A stretch of DNA of 64,000 nucleotides. Origin: a bacterium. Lineage in GTDB: Bacteria; Hinthialibacterota; Hinthialibacteria; Hinthialibacterales; Hinthialibacteraceae. The stretch lies in contig CAXXMV010000006.1 of the NCBI GenBank assembly GCA_963662285.2, forward strand, positions 800,001 through 864,000, in the 5' to 3' direction. The translations under genes and the position numbers were made by a program. The stretch's first letter is position 1. The number at the start of each line of letters is the position of its first letter. Below, piece by piece: positions 43,043-51,331 of the stretch. Under the pieces are notes generated by a model. It worked only from the letters and a program-made list of their open reading frames with translations, ran no database searches and had not been told where the DNA came from.

Positions 43043-43140
43043 GGGTGACCATCGGGTGACCAAAAAGGTGACAGAAATAGCCGTAAATAGCCGTATTTTC
43101 GTGTCACCCAAAAAAATAACCCCTTGGATTCCAAGGGGTT
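43043..43140 (-). mobile_element. Probable attachment-site remnant (integrase arm-type repeats) plus tRNA terminator
   Basis: Three GGTGAC repeats 11-12 bp apart, one inverted copy (43102-43110), tandem aaatagccgt x2 and hairpin aaccccttgga-t-tccaaggggtt at the tRNA 3' end. Confidence 0.6.
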
Positions 43141-43151
43141 AGGATTTTCGT

Positions 43152-43224
43152 TGGAGCTGAGGAGGATCGAACTCCTGACCTCCTGACTGCCAGTCAGGCG
43201 CTCTCCCAGCTGAGCTACAGCCCC
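43152..43224 (-). tRNA. tRNA-Ala (GGC), CCA not encoded
   Basis: ggggctg...cagctcc-a acceptor stem with G3:U70; anticodon arm cctga-ctGGCag-tcagg. Confidence 0.95.
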
Positions 43225-43483
43225 GAAAACTGTTAGAATATTATCCTTTATAATCATAAAATCAAGACTTCTAGGCGTCCTAAATGGCTTTTATGTAATT
43301 TTTGGGTGAATTTGATTATTTTCTTAACGATTCGCCCCAATCAGATTTTTTTTAAGATAAATTAATATGTTGCTATTTTATAAACTTTTTATATGTTTAC
43401 TCTATTATAAAATTAGGTTATATTAGTTACGTTAACGATATCTATAACGCAGAATTTTATATTCTAACCAAGTGAGAAGACCT

Positions 43484-44017
43484 ATGAAAAAGCAAGCCTT
43501 TACTCTTATTGAATTGCTCATCGTCGTGGCCATCATTGGAATCCTGGCTGCCATTGCCGTCCCTAATTTTTTGAATGCCCAGATTAGAGCCAAGATCGGG
43601 CGGGTTGAATCGGAATTCTCAACTATACGGACCGCATTTGAAATGTACCGCATGGATCAAGGCGGCAAATTACCCGATGCATGGGCGGTTGGATGGTATG
43701 GCGCATGGAAATCTTTTACTACTCCGATCTCTTATCTGCCAACCGTGCCTATCGATATATTTCAACCTAAACAAAAAGATCAATTTGTTAATGAGCATAA
43801 TTTTTATGAATTCGTTGAAGCCTATAAAGCTAAGACGGGTACCAACAAGGATTGGGCGCTGGCCAGTTTGGGGCCGGATCATCAAGATGATACCCTATCA
43901 TTCGGCGCTTATCCTAACTCCAATAAATGGGTCTCATATTCAACCTCAAACGGCCTGATCAGCGATGGCGACCTGCTTTTTGAAACCCATCCGGGCTTGA
44001 ATCCCGTCACATGGTAA
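43484..44017 (+). CDS. Prepilin-type N-terminal cleavage/methylation domain protein (pseudopilin/GspG-like)
   Basis: KKQA-FTLIELLIVVAIIGILAAIAVPNF, S.GPD and GD motifs. Confidence 0.88.
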   Translation: MKKQAFTLIELLIVVAIIGILAAIAVPNFLNAQIRAKIGRVESEFSTIRTAFEMYRMDQGGKLPDAWAVGWYGAWKSFTTPISYLPTVPIDIFQPKQKDQFVNEHNFYEFVEAYKAKTGTNKDWALASLGPDHQDDTLSFGAYPNSNKWVSYSTSNGLISDGDLLFETHPGLNPVTW

Positions 44018-44179
44018 ACCAGTGAAAATGAAAAATGTAGAATCTTCTTATTGGATTCTTCATTTTTCTTGTTATAATTATTTATAAGGGATTACGCTTT
44101 CTGATCTACCAATACGAATGTCGAACTGATGACTGTTTAATTACAGCGTTATTTTGACATCAGTGTTTTCTGCTTTGGG

Positions 44180-44290
44180 CAAAAAAAATGCGGAGTCATA
44201 AGCTGGGCAGCCAGACTCCGCTTGAGCAGAATAATGGGAGGTAGGTATAGGGAGGGTAGTCCCTATTGTATTTTATGTTCTTTCTTATCT
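44180..44290 (-). ncRNA. Candidate small RNA with C-rich anti-Shine-Dalgarno-like seeds and an intrinsic terminator
   Basis: Minus strand reads atagggactaccctccctatacctacctcccattattc, then a gcggagtc...gactccgc hairpin and U8, in a gene-free interval of about 770 bp. Confidence 0.5.
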
Positions 44291-44503
44291 ATACTATGCG
44301 TTCATCACAGGAAAAGTTATCTGGTACTAATATCATGTGGTCGTACTAAATAAACGAATTAAATCCTTATTGTGTAACGTACGCATTTTATAGTTTTTAC
44401 TTTTTGATTTATCCCTCGCTTTAATACAGGTTCTCTTATTTCATTCAAGTTATCTATCGTAAAAAAATAAATCTAAACTAATTTATATTATCATTCTACT
44501 ATA

Positions 44504-44532
44504 TATACGAATGCTAGAGCCAATTTGTTTCA
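44504..44532 (-). promoter_or_regulatory. SigW/ECF-type promoter-like site
   Basis: TGAAAC-17 nt-CGTATA on the minus strand. Confidence 0.45.
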
Positions 44533-44668
44533 TTTTTTGTTAATTATTTTATCCCTCATTGGATGTTCTGAATAATTAGCAACAAGCACCAAATTTTAGA
44601 TTCATTATATAAGACGATTAGAAGAAGGATTTTGTTCAAAAAAATTCAACAATTCATAAAAATTTTTT

Positions 44669-44780
44669 TTCTATCAACTGTTAAAAACTCAAAAAGTAAA
44701 TTCTATCAAATGTTAACAACTCAAAAAGTAAATTCTATCAACTGTTAACAACTCAAAATATAAATTCTATCAACTGTTAA
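44669..44780. repeat. 32-bp tandem repeat, 3.5 copies, no spacers
   Basis: Unit ttctatcaactgttaacaactcaaaaagtaaa at 44669, 44701 and 44733, with a partial copy at 44765. Confidence 0.9.
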
Positions 44781-44791
44781 GATGATCATGA

Positions 44792-46042
44792 TTAAACGCG
44801 CTCAAGTTGTGTATTATCAGTAGTTTTGTTGCGTCGCAAAATGGAGAATCGGCTGAGGGGATTATCGCCTTCAATAGTAATATGGACGCTGGTTCCCGGA
44901 TGCGCTTTTTTGACGTAATGGTTCTGTTTATCCAGGATCGAACCGATGGTAACAAAACCGCCCTTGGATTGCGGTCCGATCCATTCCAGTTTTTCTCCCA
45001 CATCAAACGGATGCTTGACTTGCACTAAAGTCGAATCGTCATTGATCGATTCAATAATACCTACGTAATCCTTAGTACCAATATCTACATAAGAGGCTTG
45101 TAATGCTGCAGGATTCTCGGTGGGATACCCGAACGCGAAACCGGTGGCGTAGGGGTGGTGGCGCACAGAATTTACGTCATCAAGCCAATCCTGCTTCAGC
45201 GTGTAGTTGTCAGGGTCTGCGGCGTAGGCGTCCAGAGCGGCGCGGTAGGATCGTGTTATGGAGGCGATGTAATATTCGCTTTTCATCCGTCCTTCGACTT
45301 TGAGCGAAGCTACCCCGCTTTGCACCAGGGCGGGGATATGTTCCAACAAACACAGGTCGGTTGAACTGAAAATGATGGTCTTGTTATCCGCTTCAACTAC
45401 CGGATACGATTCGCCGGGACGTTTCGCCTCTTTAACTTCCCATTGCCAATGACATGAGTGTTTACACTGGCCTTTTGAAGCGTTAAAGCCAGTCATATAA
45501 GCCGACAGCAGGCAACGGCCTGATACTGCCACGCACATGGCGCCATGCACGAAAATCTCCACCGGTAATGTATCCTGTTCCGTTATCTGTCTGGTCTCAG
45601 CCAAAGAGCATTCACGGGCCAGGATAATCCGTTGAGCGCCTGCATCTTTCCAGAACTGCGCTGCCAGCGCGTTGGCCGTGCTCATCTGGGTTGAGATATG
45701 GATTTCCACATCAGGGCGCAGCTGCCTGGTCAGCATAAATGTAGCCGGATCAGCCACGATCAAAGCGTCGAATGCAATATCCCTGGTCTCCTCCAGCCAT
45801 TGCTTTAGCGCAGGCAGTTCGCTTTGCATTATCAGCGAGTTAACTCCAACATACAGCCGCTTGCCATATTGATGGGTAAGCGCAACGCTACTGCGCAGTT
45901 GATCTATAGAGAACGAAGCGCCATCAGGACGCATCGAAAAACCCGCCGCTCCGACATAGACCGCATCCGCCCCGTATTCCAAAGCCACATGCAGTTTTTG
46001 TTCAGTTCCGGCGGGAATTAAAAGTTCCGGGATAATCATCAA
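44792..46042 (-). CDS. U32 family peptidase (TrhP-like tRNA hydroxylation protein)
   Basis: GADAVYVG, HISTQ, EIFVHGAMC.AVSGRC..S, C.HSC and SLKVEGR.KS. Confidence 0.9.
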   Translation of the reverse strand: MMIIPELLIPAGTEQKLHVALEYGADAVYVGAAGFSMRPDGASFSIDQLRSSVALTHQYGKRLYVGVNSLIMQSELPALKQWLEETRDIAFDALIVADPATFMLTRQLRPDVEIHISTQMSTANALAAQFWKDAGAQRIILARECSLAETRQITEQDTLPVEIFVHGAMCVAVSGRCLLSAYMTGFNASKGQCKHSCHWQWEVKEAKRPGESYPVVEADNKTIIFSSTDLCLLEHIPALVQSGVASLKVEGRMKSEYYIASITRSYRAALDAYAADPDNYTLKQDWLDDVNSVRHHPYATGFAFGYPTENPAALQASYVDIGTKDYVGIIESINDDSTLVQVKHPFDVGEKLEWIGPQSKGGFVTIGSILDKQNHYVKKAHPGTSVHITIEGDNPLSRFSILRRNKTTDNTQLERV

Positions 46043-46210
46043 AATTCTTCTTTATTATGAATTTACATACATTAAAGAGTTAATCTTATATCAAACAAAA
46101 AGCAAGTATTCCGAACCATGTAGGGGCGCACCTTCGCGGTCGCCCGGTTATACAATAATCCCCAATCAAAAAAATCCAGATTCAGACAAAAAATGCTCAA
46201 ATGTTCATCT

Positions 46211-46226
46211 TGGCACAAAACTTGCA
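46211..46226 (+). promoter_or_regulatory. Sigma-54 (-24/-12) promoter
   Basis: TGGCAC-aaaac-TTGCA ending 36 bp upstream of the AGGAGG-preceded ATG at 46263. Confidence 0.75.
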
Positions 46227-46262
46227 CAAAGACGTTCCAAACCAATTTTTAGGAGGAAAATC

Positions 46263-46640
46263 ATGAACGTCGCCGTTGCCAATCAATTTGAACAAGAGGT
46301 TTCATCGGTGTTTGAACATTGCATAAGCAGGATCGCTGCTGAACTTAAGAAAAACTTTGATCCCAACAAAAAGAACTTGATCGCTCTGTTCCGTTTATTC
46401 TGTTCTTCAGTGAAGACCAGGAACTCATGGATCAGCAGCATCAACAAATCCAAGCATAATAATTACCAAAGCCAACCGCCAATCAATAAAACCAATGGGA
46501 AAACCAAGAGCGTACAACAAGAAAATCCCACGCCTCTCGATAAAATTCTCTCTTTTGCAATACCCAAAAAGAAAGGCGCCGAATATCAGCATCCCATAAA
46601 ACCAGAGCACATGAAGAGCGGATTGCTTATGAAAAGATAA
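46263..46640 (+). CDS. Basic hypothetical protein
   Basis: Strong ribosome binding site and a sigma-54 promoter; no recognised domain. Confidence 0.6.
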   Translation: MNVAVANQFEQEVSSVFEHCISRIAAELKKNFDPNKKNLIALFRLFCSSVKTRNSWISSINKSKHNNYQSQPPINKTNGKTKSVQQENPTPLDKILSFAIPKKKGAEYQHPIKPEHMKSGLLMKR

Positions 46641-46804
46641 AATCCGGTTTTAAACTCATCATTACGCTGTTCAGTTCGCAATAATATTTCTGCGTCTATT
46701 GCGAATACGGAAATTATTTATTCATTTTTAAGTACTCTTTTTCTACGATATAATATTGGTGTAGCAATGTGTCTCTTCATACTTCTATAATTAGGAGGAG
46801 AAAA

Positions 46805-47434
46805 ATGAATGCCGCTGGTAGTGTCTCTGGTAATATTGTGAAACCGCAAGTAAAAGTTGATCCTGAGTTGGAGAAGAAAGAAATTCGCAAGGCGCTATGT
46901 ATCGCCGGAGTGATATTAATCCCCATTTTGGGTACGCAATTAGGCATTTGGAGCGAACGGCTTAGTGGAAAGATGAATTTCGGATGGCTGTCTCTGATCG
47001 ATGAATTCTTCTCTCTTCTGGCGCTCTATCTGGTTCAGTACATTTACTATGGATTGTCAACCTTGATTTCCTATGGTCAAATTTTCATTCTACCCACTCT
47101 GCTGCTGGGATTGTTTTTTTATCTGATTCTATTTGGAAAATGGAAATGGCTGGCGCCCATACTTATCAGTATGCTGTTGATCAGTCTGCTTATCACGCCA
47201 TTTTTGAAAAACAATCGCGACAGATTTATCGCCAGTTACCAGAAAGTTGAAGCCTATATCGGGCAATCAGTTTCCAAAGATCAATTCCTGCTCGAATGCG
47301 GAGAACCGGCCTTTTACAAACCGGTAGGACAAGCCAGTCATTGGGCTTACACCAACGGCCAATTCATAATCCCCGTCCGATTCGATGGTGACGTCGCCAT
47401 CATCTCGGATAATGTATACCATTTGTTTGATTGA
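46805..47434 (+). CDS. Hypothetical membrane protein
   Basis: AGGAGG ribosome binding site, about 4 TM helices and a small C-terminal domain. Confidence 0.65.
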   Translation: MNAAGSVSGNIVKPQVKVDPELEKKEIRKALCIAGVILIPILGTQLGIWSERLSGKMNFGWLSLIDEFFSLLALYLVQYIYYGLSTLISYGQIFILPTLLLGLFFYLILFGKWKWLAPILISMLLISLLITPFLKNNRDRFIASYQKVEAYIGQSVSKDQFLLECGEPAFYKPVGQASHWAYTNGQFIIPVRFDGDVAIISDNVYHLFD

Positions 47435-47749
47435 AAAACTTATTGAAATTACTCTCATTCACCTAATGATCTATGTAAATTATTAGTAGAGCGATTATCA
47501 AAATTATATTCGTTAATAATCACGTTTAGTCTTCGTAGAAGCCAATCTTTTCTGGCTTCTACGAATCGACAATCAGAACGTTATTATGAAATCTACTCTA
47601 GAAGCATGGTCATTTCAAAATATCTCGTTGACAAGAGCAAGCCATTATGAGAAACTCGGTTAATCAAATATAGACTCTAATTTTACCTTGGATCATCCAG
47701 GATAAAGATTCATAGATCAATTTCCACATCACATCATGAGGAGGGAATT

Positions 47750-48871
47750 ATGCGTAATCTTTATATCATTGCATTAACCACACTGTTTGTGCTTCCACTT
47801 TTCGCGCAGCAGGAAACCGGTGAAATAGTTCAAGAAATTATTTTTGATGACTATGAACCGGCTGGTTTTTCTATTCAGGGCAACATTACAGTCGATATGG
47901 ATATTTGGGATGAGCTCGGTTATGATGGTACGCCCGGTTGGGAATTATATATCGAAGGCGGCTCAACCAGTCCATTTGATTCGCAAATTTTCCGTAATTT
48001 AACTTATGACAGCACCGGGCAAACAATCTGGCGCTTGCAATACAGGATTTGGGCGAATTCTTCTCCCTTTCAGATTACTTCTTCATTGCGTTCTGTGGAC
48101 AGCCCCTATTTAGGCATTTATCACCATTTCCTCATTCCTGAAGGATTCGAGCAGCAATGGATACTGGTGGACTATGCTTTCGGACCCGCGAGTTTCTATG
48201 AAGCCTCACGCGTCAGTCTGCAATTCAGACTGGGTAACCAGCAGGAACAGACGCTGCATTTTGATGATATCCGTTTATTCAACAGCAACGTTTTGGCCAG
48301 TTCTTCCGGCTTCAATATTACACAGGATAAAGAACAGAACTTCTTTGATGGATATATCGATCCTGGAAACGATGAAATTCCCTACAACAATTCTTTTGAA
48401 TTGCCCGTAAGCAATGTAATCACCAAGGGCGTTTCAACTGAGCGTATTAAGGAAACAGAGGCGCCGGATGGAGTCCAGTTCCTACGAGCATCAATTACAA
48501 ATGCAGGTAGCACTCTTTCTGATTCTTCGATTGGATTGATTTGTCAGAATGACAGCAGCTACACCGGCGCCTATCGCCTCAATGTCAGCCTGCGCAGCAA
48601 TGCAGCGCCGCTGGAAATCAAAGGCGGGCTGGCTGGCGCCGTCGATTTATCCACTTCCAAACGTTCTGCGCCTGAGACTGTTGTTCTCAATGATCAAGAT
48701 TCCTGGCAGCGCGTCTCTTTTCTGATTCCCGCTGGTGATTTCACTGGCGAACACATCTATCCTTTCCTCGAATTTGGAGGCCAGGGTGAGGCTATAGTTG
48801 ATGTTGACCGGGTATTCATTATGAGAACGGATGAAGAAGTTACATCAGTACCAGGATGGGAAATGTTTTAG
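47750..48871 (+). CDS. Secreted protein with two galactose-binding/CBM-like beta-sandwich domains and the C-terminal W-motif
   Basis: Signal peptide; LHFDDIRL and VDVDRVFI strands; ends TSVPGWEMF. Confidence 0.7.
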   Translation: MRNLYIIALTTLFVLPLFAQQETGEIVQEIIFDDYEPAGFSIQGNITVDMDIWDELGYDGTPGWELYIEGGSTSPFDSQIFRNLTYDSTGQTIWRLQYRIWANSSPFQITSSLRSVDSPYLGIYHHFLIPEGFEQQWILVDYAFGPASFYEASRVSLQFRLGNQQEQTLHFDDIRLFNSNVLASSSGFNITQDKEQNFFDGYIDPGNDEIPYNNSFELPVSNVITKGVSTERIKETEAPDGVQFLRASITNAGSTLSDSSIGLICQNDSSYTGAYRLNVSLRSNAAPLEIKGGLAGAVDLSTSKRSAPETVVLNDQDSWQRVSFLIPAGDFTGEHIYPFLEFGGQGEAIVDVDRVFIMRTDEEVTSVPGWEMF

Positions 48872-48954
48872 ACATGATCAGTTGCCCAAAAAACTGTAAT
48901 ATATAAATTGAAACCAATCACCCGTGATAAAGATAATGTCATTAAGTTAACCGT

Positions 48955-49447
48955 GTCGTCCCCTTTCCCTCCGGTCTACTCTCCGTACACAAATCAAAAG
49001 AGGATAATGAAACGGGGAGCATCATAGAATGGGGAGTATTATAGAATGGGGAGCATCGGCTTCTAGCCGGTATGCCAAATAGAATATAAAGAGCCACATT
49101 ACGCATAATCATTTCCATAGAGATAGGGGGATGAAAAAGGAATAACTGATTTGTGTTGTGATGCCGGATCACTTGCACATACTTCTTACGCTATTCGAAA
49201 TTCCAAACCTTGGATATCATTCGATCACAACAATACTTCATATTTGTATGAAGAGAACCGACGGGATTGGTGTACCGGCTAGAAGCCGATGCTCCCCTGT
49301 TTTATGCTCCCCTTTTTGATGCTCTCTGGTTATTGATAGAGTGTTTTTTTCAGTTTATCAGAGGTAGGTGTATTGCCACTACTTCCATTTCACAACAATG
49401 TGTACGGAGAGTAGCCCCACGGGAGAGGGTTAGGTTGAGCGGGATGA
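48955..49447. mobile_element. Nested inverted-repeat element (REP doublet inside a second REP/MITE doublet)
   Basis: Outer pair ctactctccgtacaca (48976-48991) / tgtgtacggagagtag (49399-49414); inner pair ggggagcatcggcttctagccggta / taccggctagaagccgatgctcccc (49048-49297). Confidence 0.75.
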
Positions 49448-49518
49448 CAAACAACTAAATAGTCCAAAGTCTCTTTTCATGGAAACTTTGGACTATTAAT
49501 TGTTGATCAAAACAATGC

Positions 49519-51114
49519 TTACGCTTCGGTTACGTTATCCCATTCTATGCCCAGTTTTCGAGCGGCGAAGCCGAACTCTTTGAGATAATCGCCATAGCAC
49601 ATCATCCAATGCGAGTCGCGTACTTCATGCAGCAACTTCTGCCACTTGCCTTCGATCTTGACATCCTGCTGTGAGCGGCAGATTTCATAGAACGGATTAT
49701 CTTCTACTGCGCCTCTGAATCCCAGCCAACGACCACGGGTGTATTCGGGATCGATGAAGGTCAACTGCTGTCCGACGGGAATCTCTACCTTAGGCGCTGA
49801 ACCGTAGTCGGATTCTTCATGAGTCATTACGATGGTCGGTTCGTAGCGGTCGCCATTCATCCTGCGGGGAGCGGAGCAGTGAGCGCAGGTCACGATACCT
49901 TTATGGGGGAAGGTGGAGTTATGCATAAAGATCGGCGTACCGGTGATGTGCCGCATCAACACTCCCGCTGGCATAACCACGAAATCCGACTCGCAAAAGG
50001 CAATCAAACCTTCGTCATTGAGTAGACCAAGCGTCAGGCAGGCGGTGGTTTTGGACATGGGAATAACCACATCCATACAGCTTTTGATAGTCATAGCTGG
50101 CGCGCCGTTTTCGATCATCAGCTCTTTGAATAGTTCGTAGAGCATAAAGCCGTTTACCACAAAAGATTCATCAGTCTGCAAAGTGGTTTGGGGCAGGGAG
50201 AGATAGCGCTTGGTCCACTTACGGGCGCGGTCCATACGTTTTACATCGTTCAATGCACTGGTGATCCGTGGTTCGAGTTGATCGTAGGTAACCTCGACCA
50301 GATCCATTTTGAATTTATCGCGTGCGATTTGAGGAGCGTCGCCAGCGTATTTTCCCCAGACGCCGCCTATGGCCATCATCTTTGAACCAACCAGATTATG
50401 GACGCCATATAGCGCCCGCAAACGCCATTTCAGTTCATCCATATCGTCAACTACTACATCATCGACGTGCATGTTTTTCAATCTTGGCGGATCGCCCTGA
50501 CGGAATTCTTCGCGGTCGGTTTTGAGGTAGGCGACGCTCAATGATTCATACCAGTAATAAACCGGGCCGGATTTATGTCGCACGAAGATCAGAGTATTTT
50601 TATCTTCTGAAACGCAGGCTTGCAGAGTGCTGCCTGAACCTGACGCCGGATAGACGATGAATATATCAGCGTCTGCTTTATGAGCGCGTTGGGCGTCTTC
50701 AACTGTTTTAACTTTAACAGGCTTCAAACATTCGATGGGGAACTCGGTTTGCTTGGCCAAATCTTGCAACTCATTATCAATGCGCTGCACTTCCTCATTA
50801 GCGGACTGGTCAGTCAAGACGCCGCCCCATGAGCGCCAGGAGCGTTGCTTTCTGGGAGTGGCGACGGTATACATCAGTATAGGTTGAATGCGCAGCGGCT
50901 TGCCCCATTGCACAAAATCTTGATTCGGATCCCACCCATCCAAAGCCCATGCAGGTCTTTCGGTTTTCAATCTTGATTGACTCCAGGCCTTACCTGAAGC
51001 CAGTGTCAAGGCGGCTACAGCCGAGCCGCTTTTAAGGAATGATCTCCTGCTATGCATGCAGCAGCTTCCACTGCACATATCGTCCATGTCATCATGATGT
51101 GAATGATCGCTCAT
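49519..51114 (-). CDS. Tat-exported L-fucose/L-arabinose isomerase-fold protein, paralog 1
   Basis: SRRSFLK signal; TIKSCM, ACL.LG.LND.G..AFCESD, CAHC, THEES and CRSQ. Confidence 0.7.
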   Translation of the reverse strand: MSDHSHHDDMDDMCSGSCCMHSRRSFLKSGSAVAALTLASGKAWSQSRLKTERPAWALDGWDPNQDFVQWGKPLRIQPILMYTVATPRKQRSWRSWGGVLTDQSANEEVQRIDNELQDLAKQTEFPIECLKPVKVKTVEDAQRAHKADADIFIVYPASGSGSTLQACVSEDKNTLIFVRHKSGPVYYWYESLSVAYLKTDREEFRQGDPPRLKNMHVDDVVVDDMDELKWRLRALYGVHNLVGSKMMAIGGVWGKYAGDAPQIARDKFKMDLVEVTYDQLEPRITSALNDVKRMDRARKWTKRYLSLPQTTLQTDESFVVNGFMLYELFKELMIENGAPAMTIKSCMDVVIPMSKTTACLTLGLLNDEGLIAFCESDFVVMPAGVLMRHITGTPIFMHNSTFPHKGIVTCAHCSAPRRMNGDRYEPTIVMTHEESDYGSAPKVEIPVGQQLTFIDPEYTRGRWLGFRGAVEDNPFYEICRSQQDVKIEGKWQKLLHEVRDSHWMMCYGDYLKEFGFAARKLGIEWDNVTEA

Positions 51115-51201
51115 ACTAATTGTCTCTCCCATATATATAAGGCTGAAAGTTTATCTATGATTGTTCCGAATTATTATGAAACCAATTGACATATTAGTTA
51201 T

Positions 51202-51275
51202 GTAGGGTGGGTCACGCCTTACCGACCCACCGATAATAATTGATTCAGTGGGTCAAAAAACGCGATCCACCGTAC
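51202..51275. repeat. GTAG-family REP doublet, copy 2
   Basis: gtagggtgggtcacg...gataataattgatt...gtgggtcaaaaaacgcgatccaccgtac; same spacer core as 30057-30144. Confidence 0.8.
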
Positions 51276-51294
51276 GGGAACTTAACAGGGTAAA

Positions 51295-51323
51295 GATGAG
51301 GGGAATTTAATATTCCCCTCATC
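51295..51323. terminator. Hairpin downstream of 51332..52897
   Basis: gatgaggggaat-ttaat-attcccctcatc. Confidence 0.6.
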
Positions 51324-51331
51324 AGTTTTGA

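Noticed and set aside
43027-43257. 76-aa minus-strand ORF
   Set aside because: Runs through tRNA-Ala and the att-like repeats; spurious.
44669-44780. CRISPR array
   Set aside because: The units are contiguous with no unique spacers, and no cas genes are in the window.
48942-49458. Short ORFs 48942-49178 and 49267-49458 as genes
   Set aside because: They lie inside the nested repeat element and lack convincing starts; similarity to a RAYT fragment was too weak to call.
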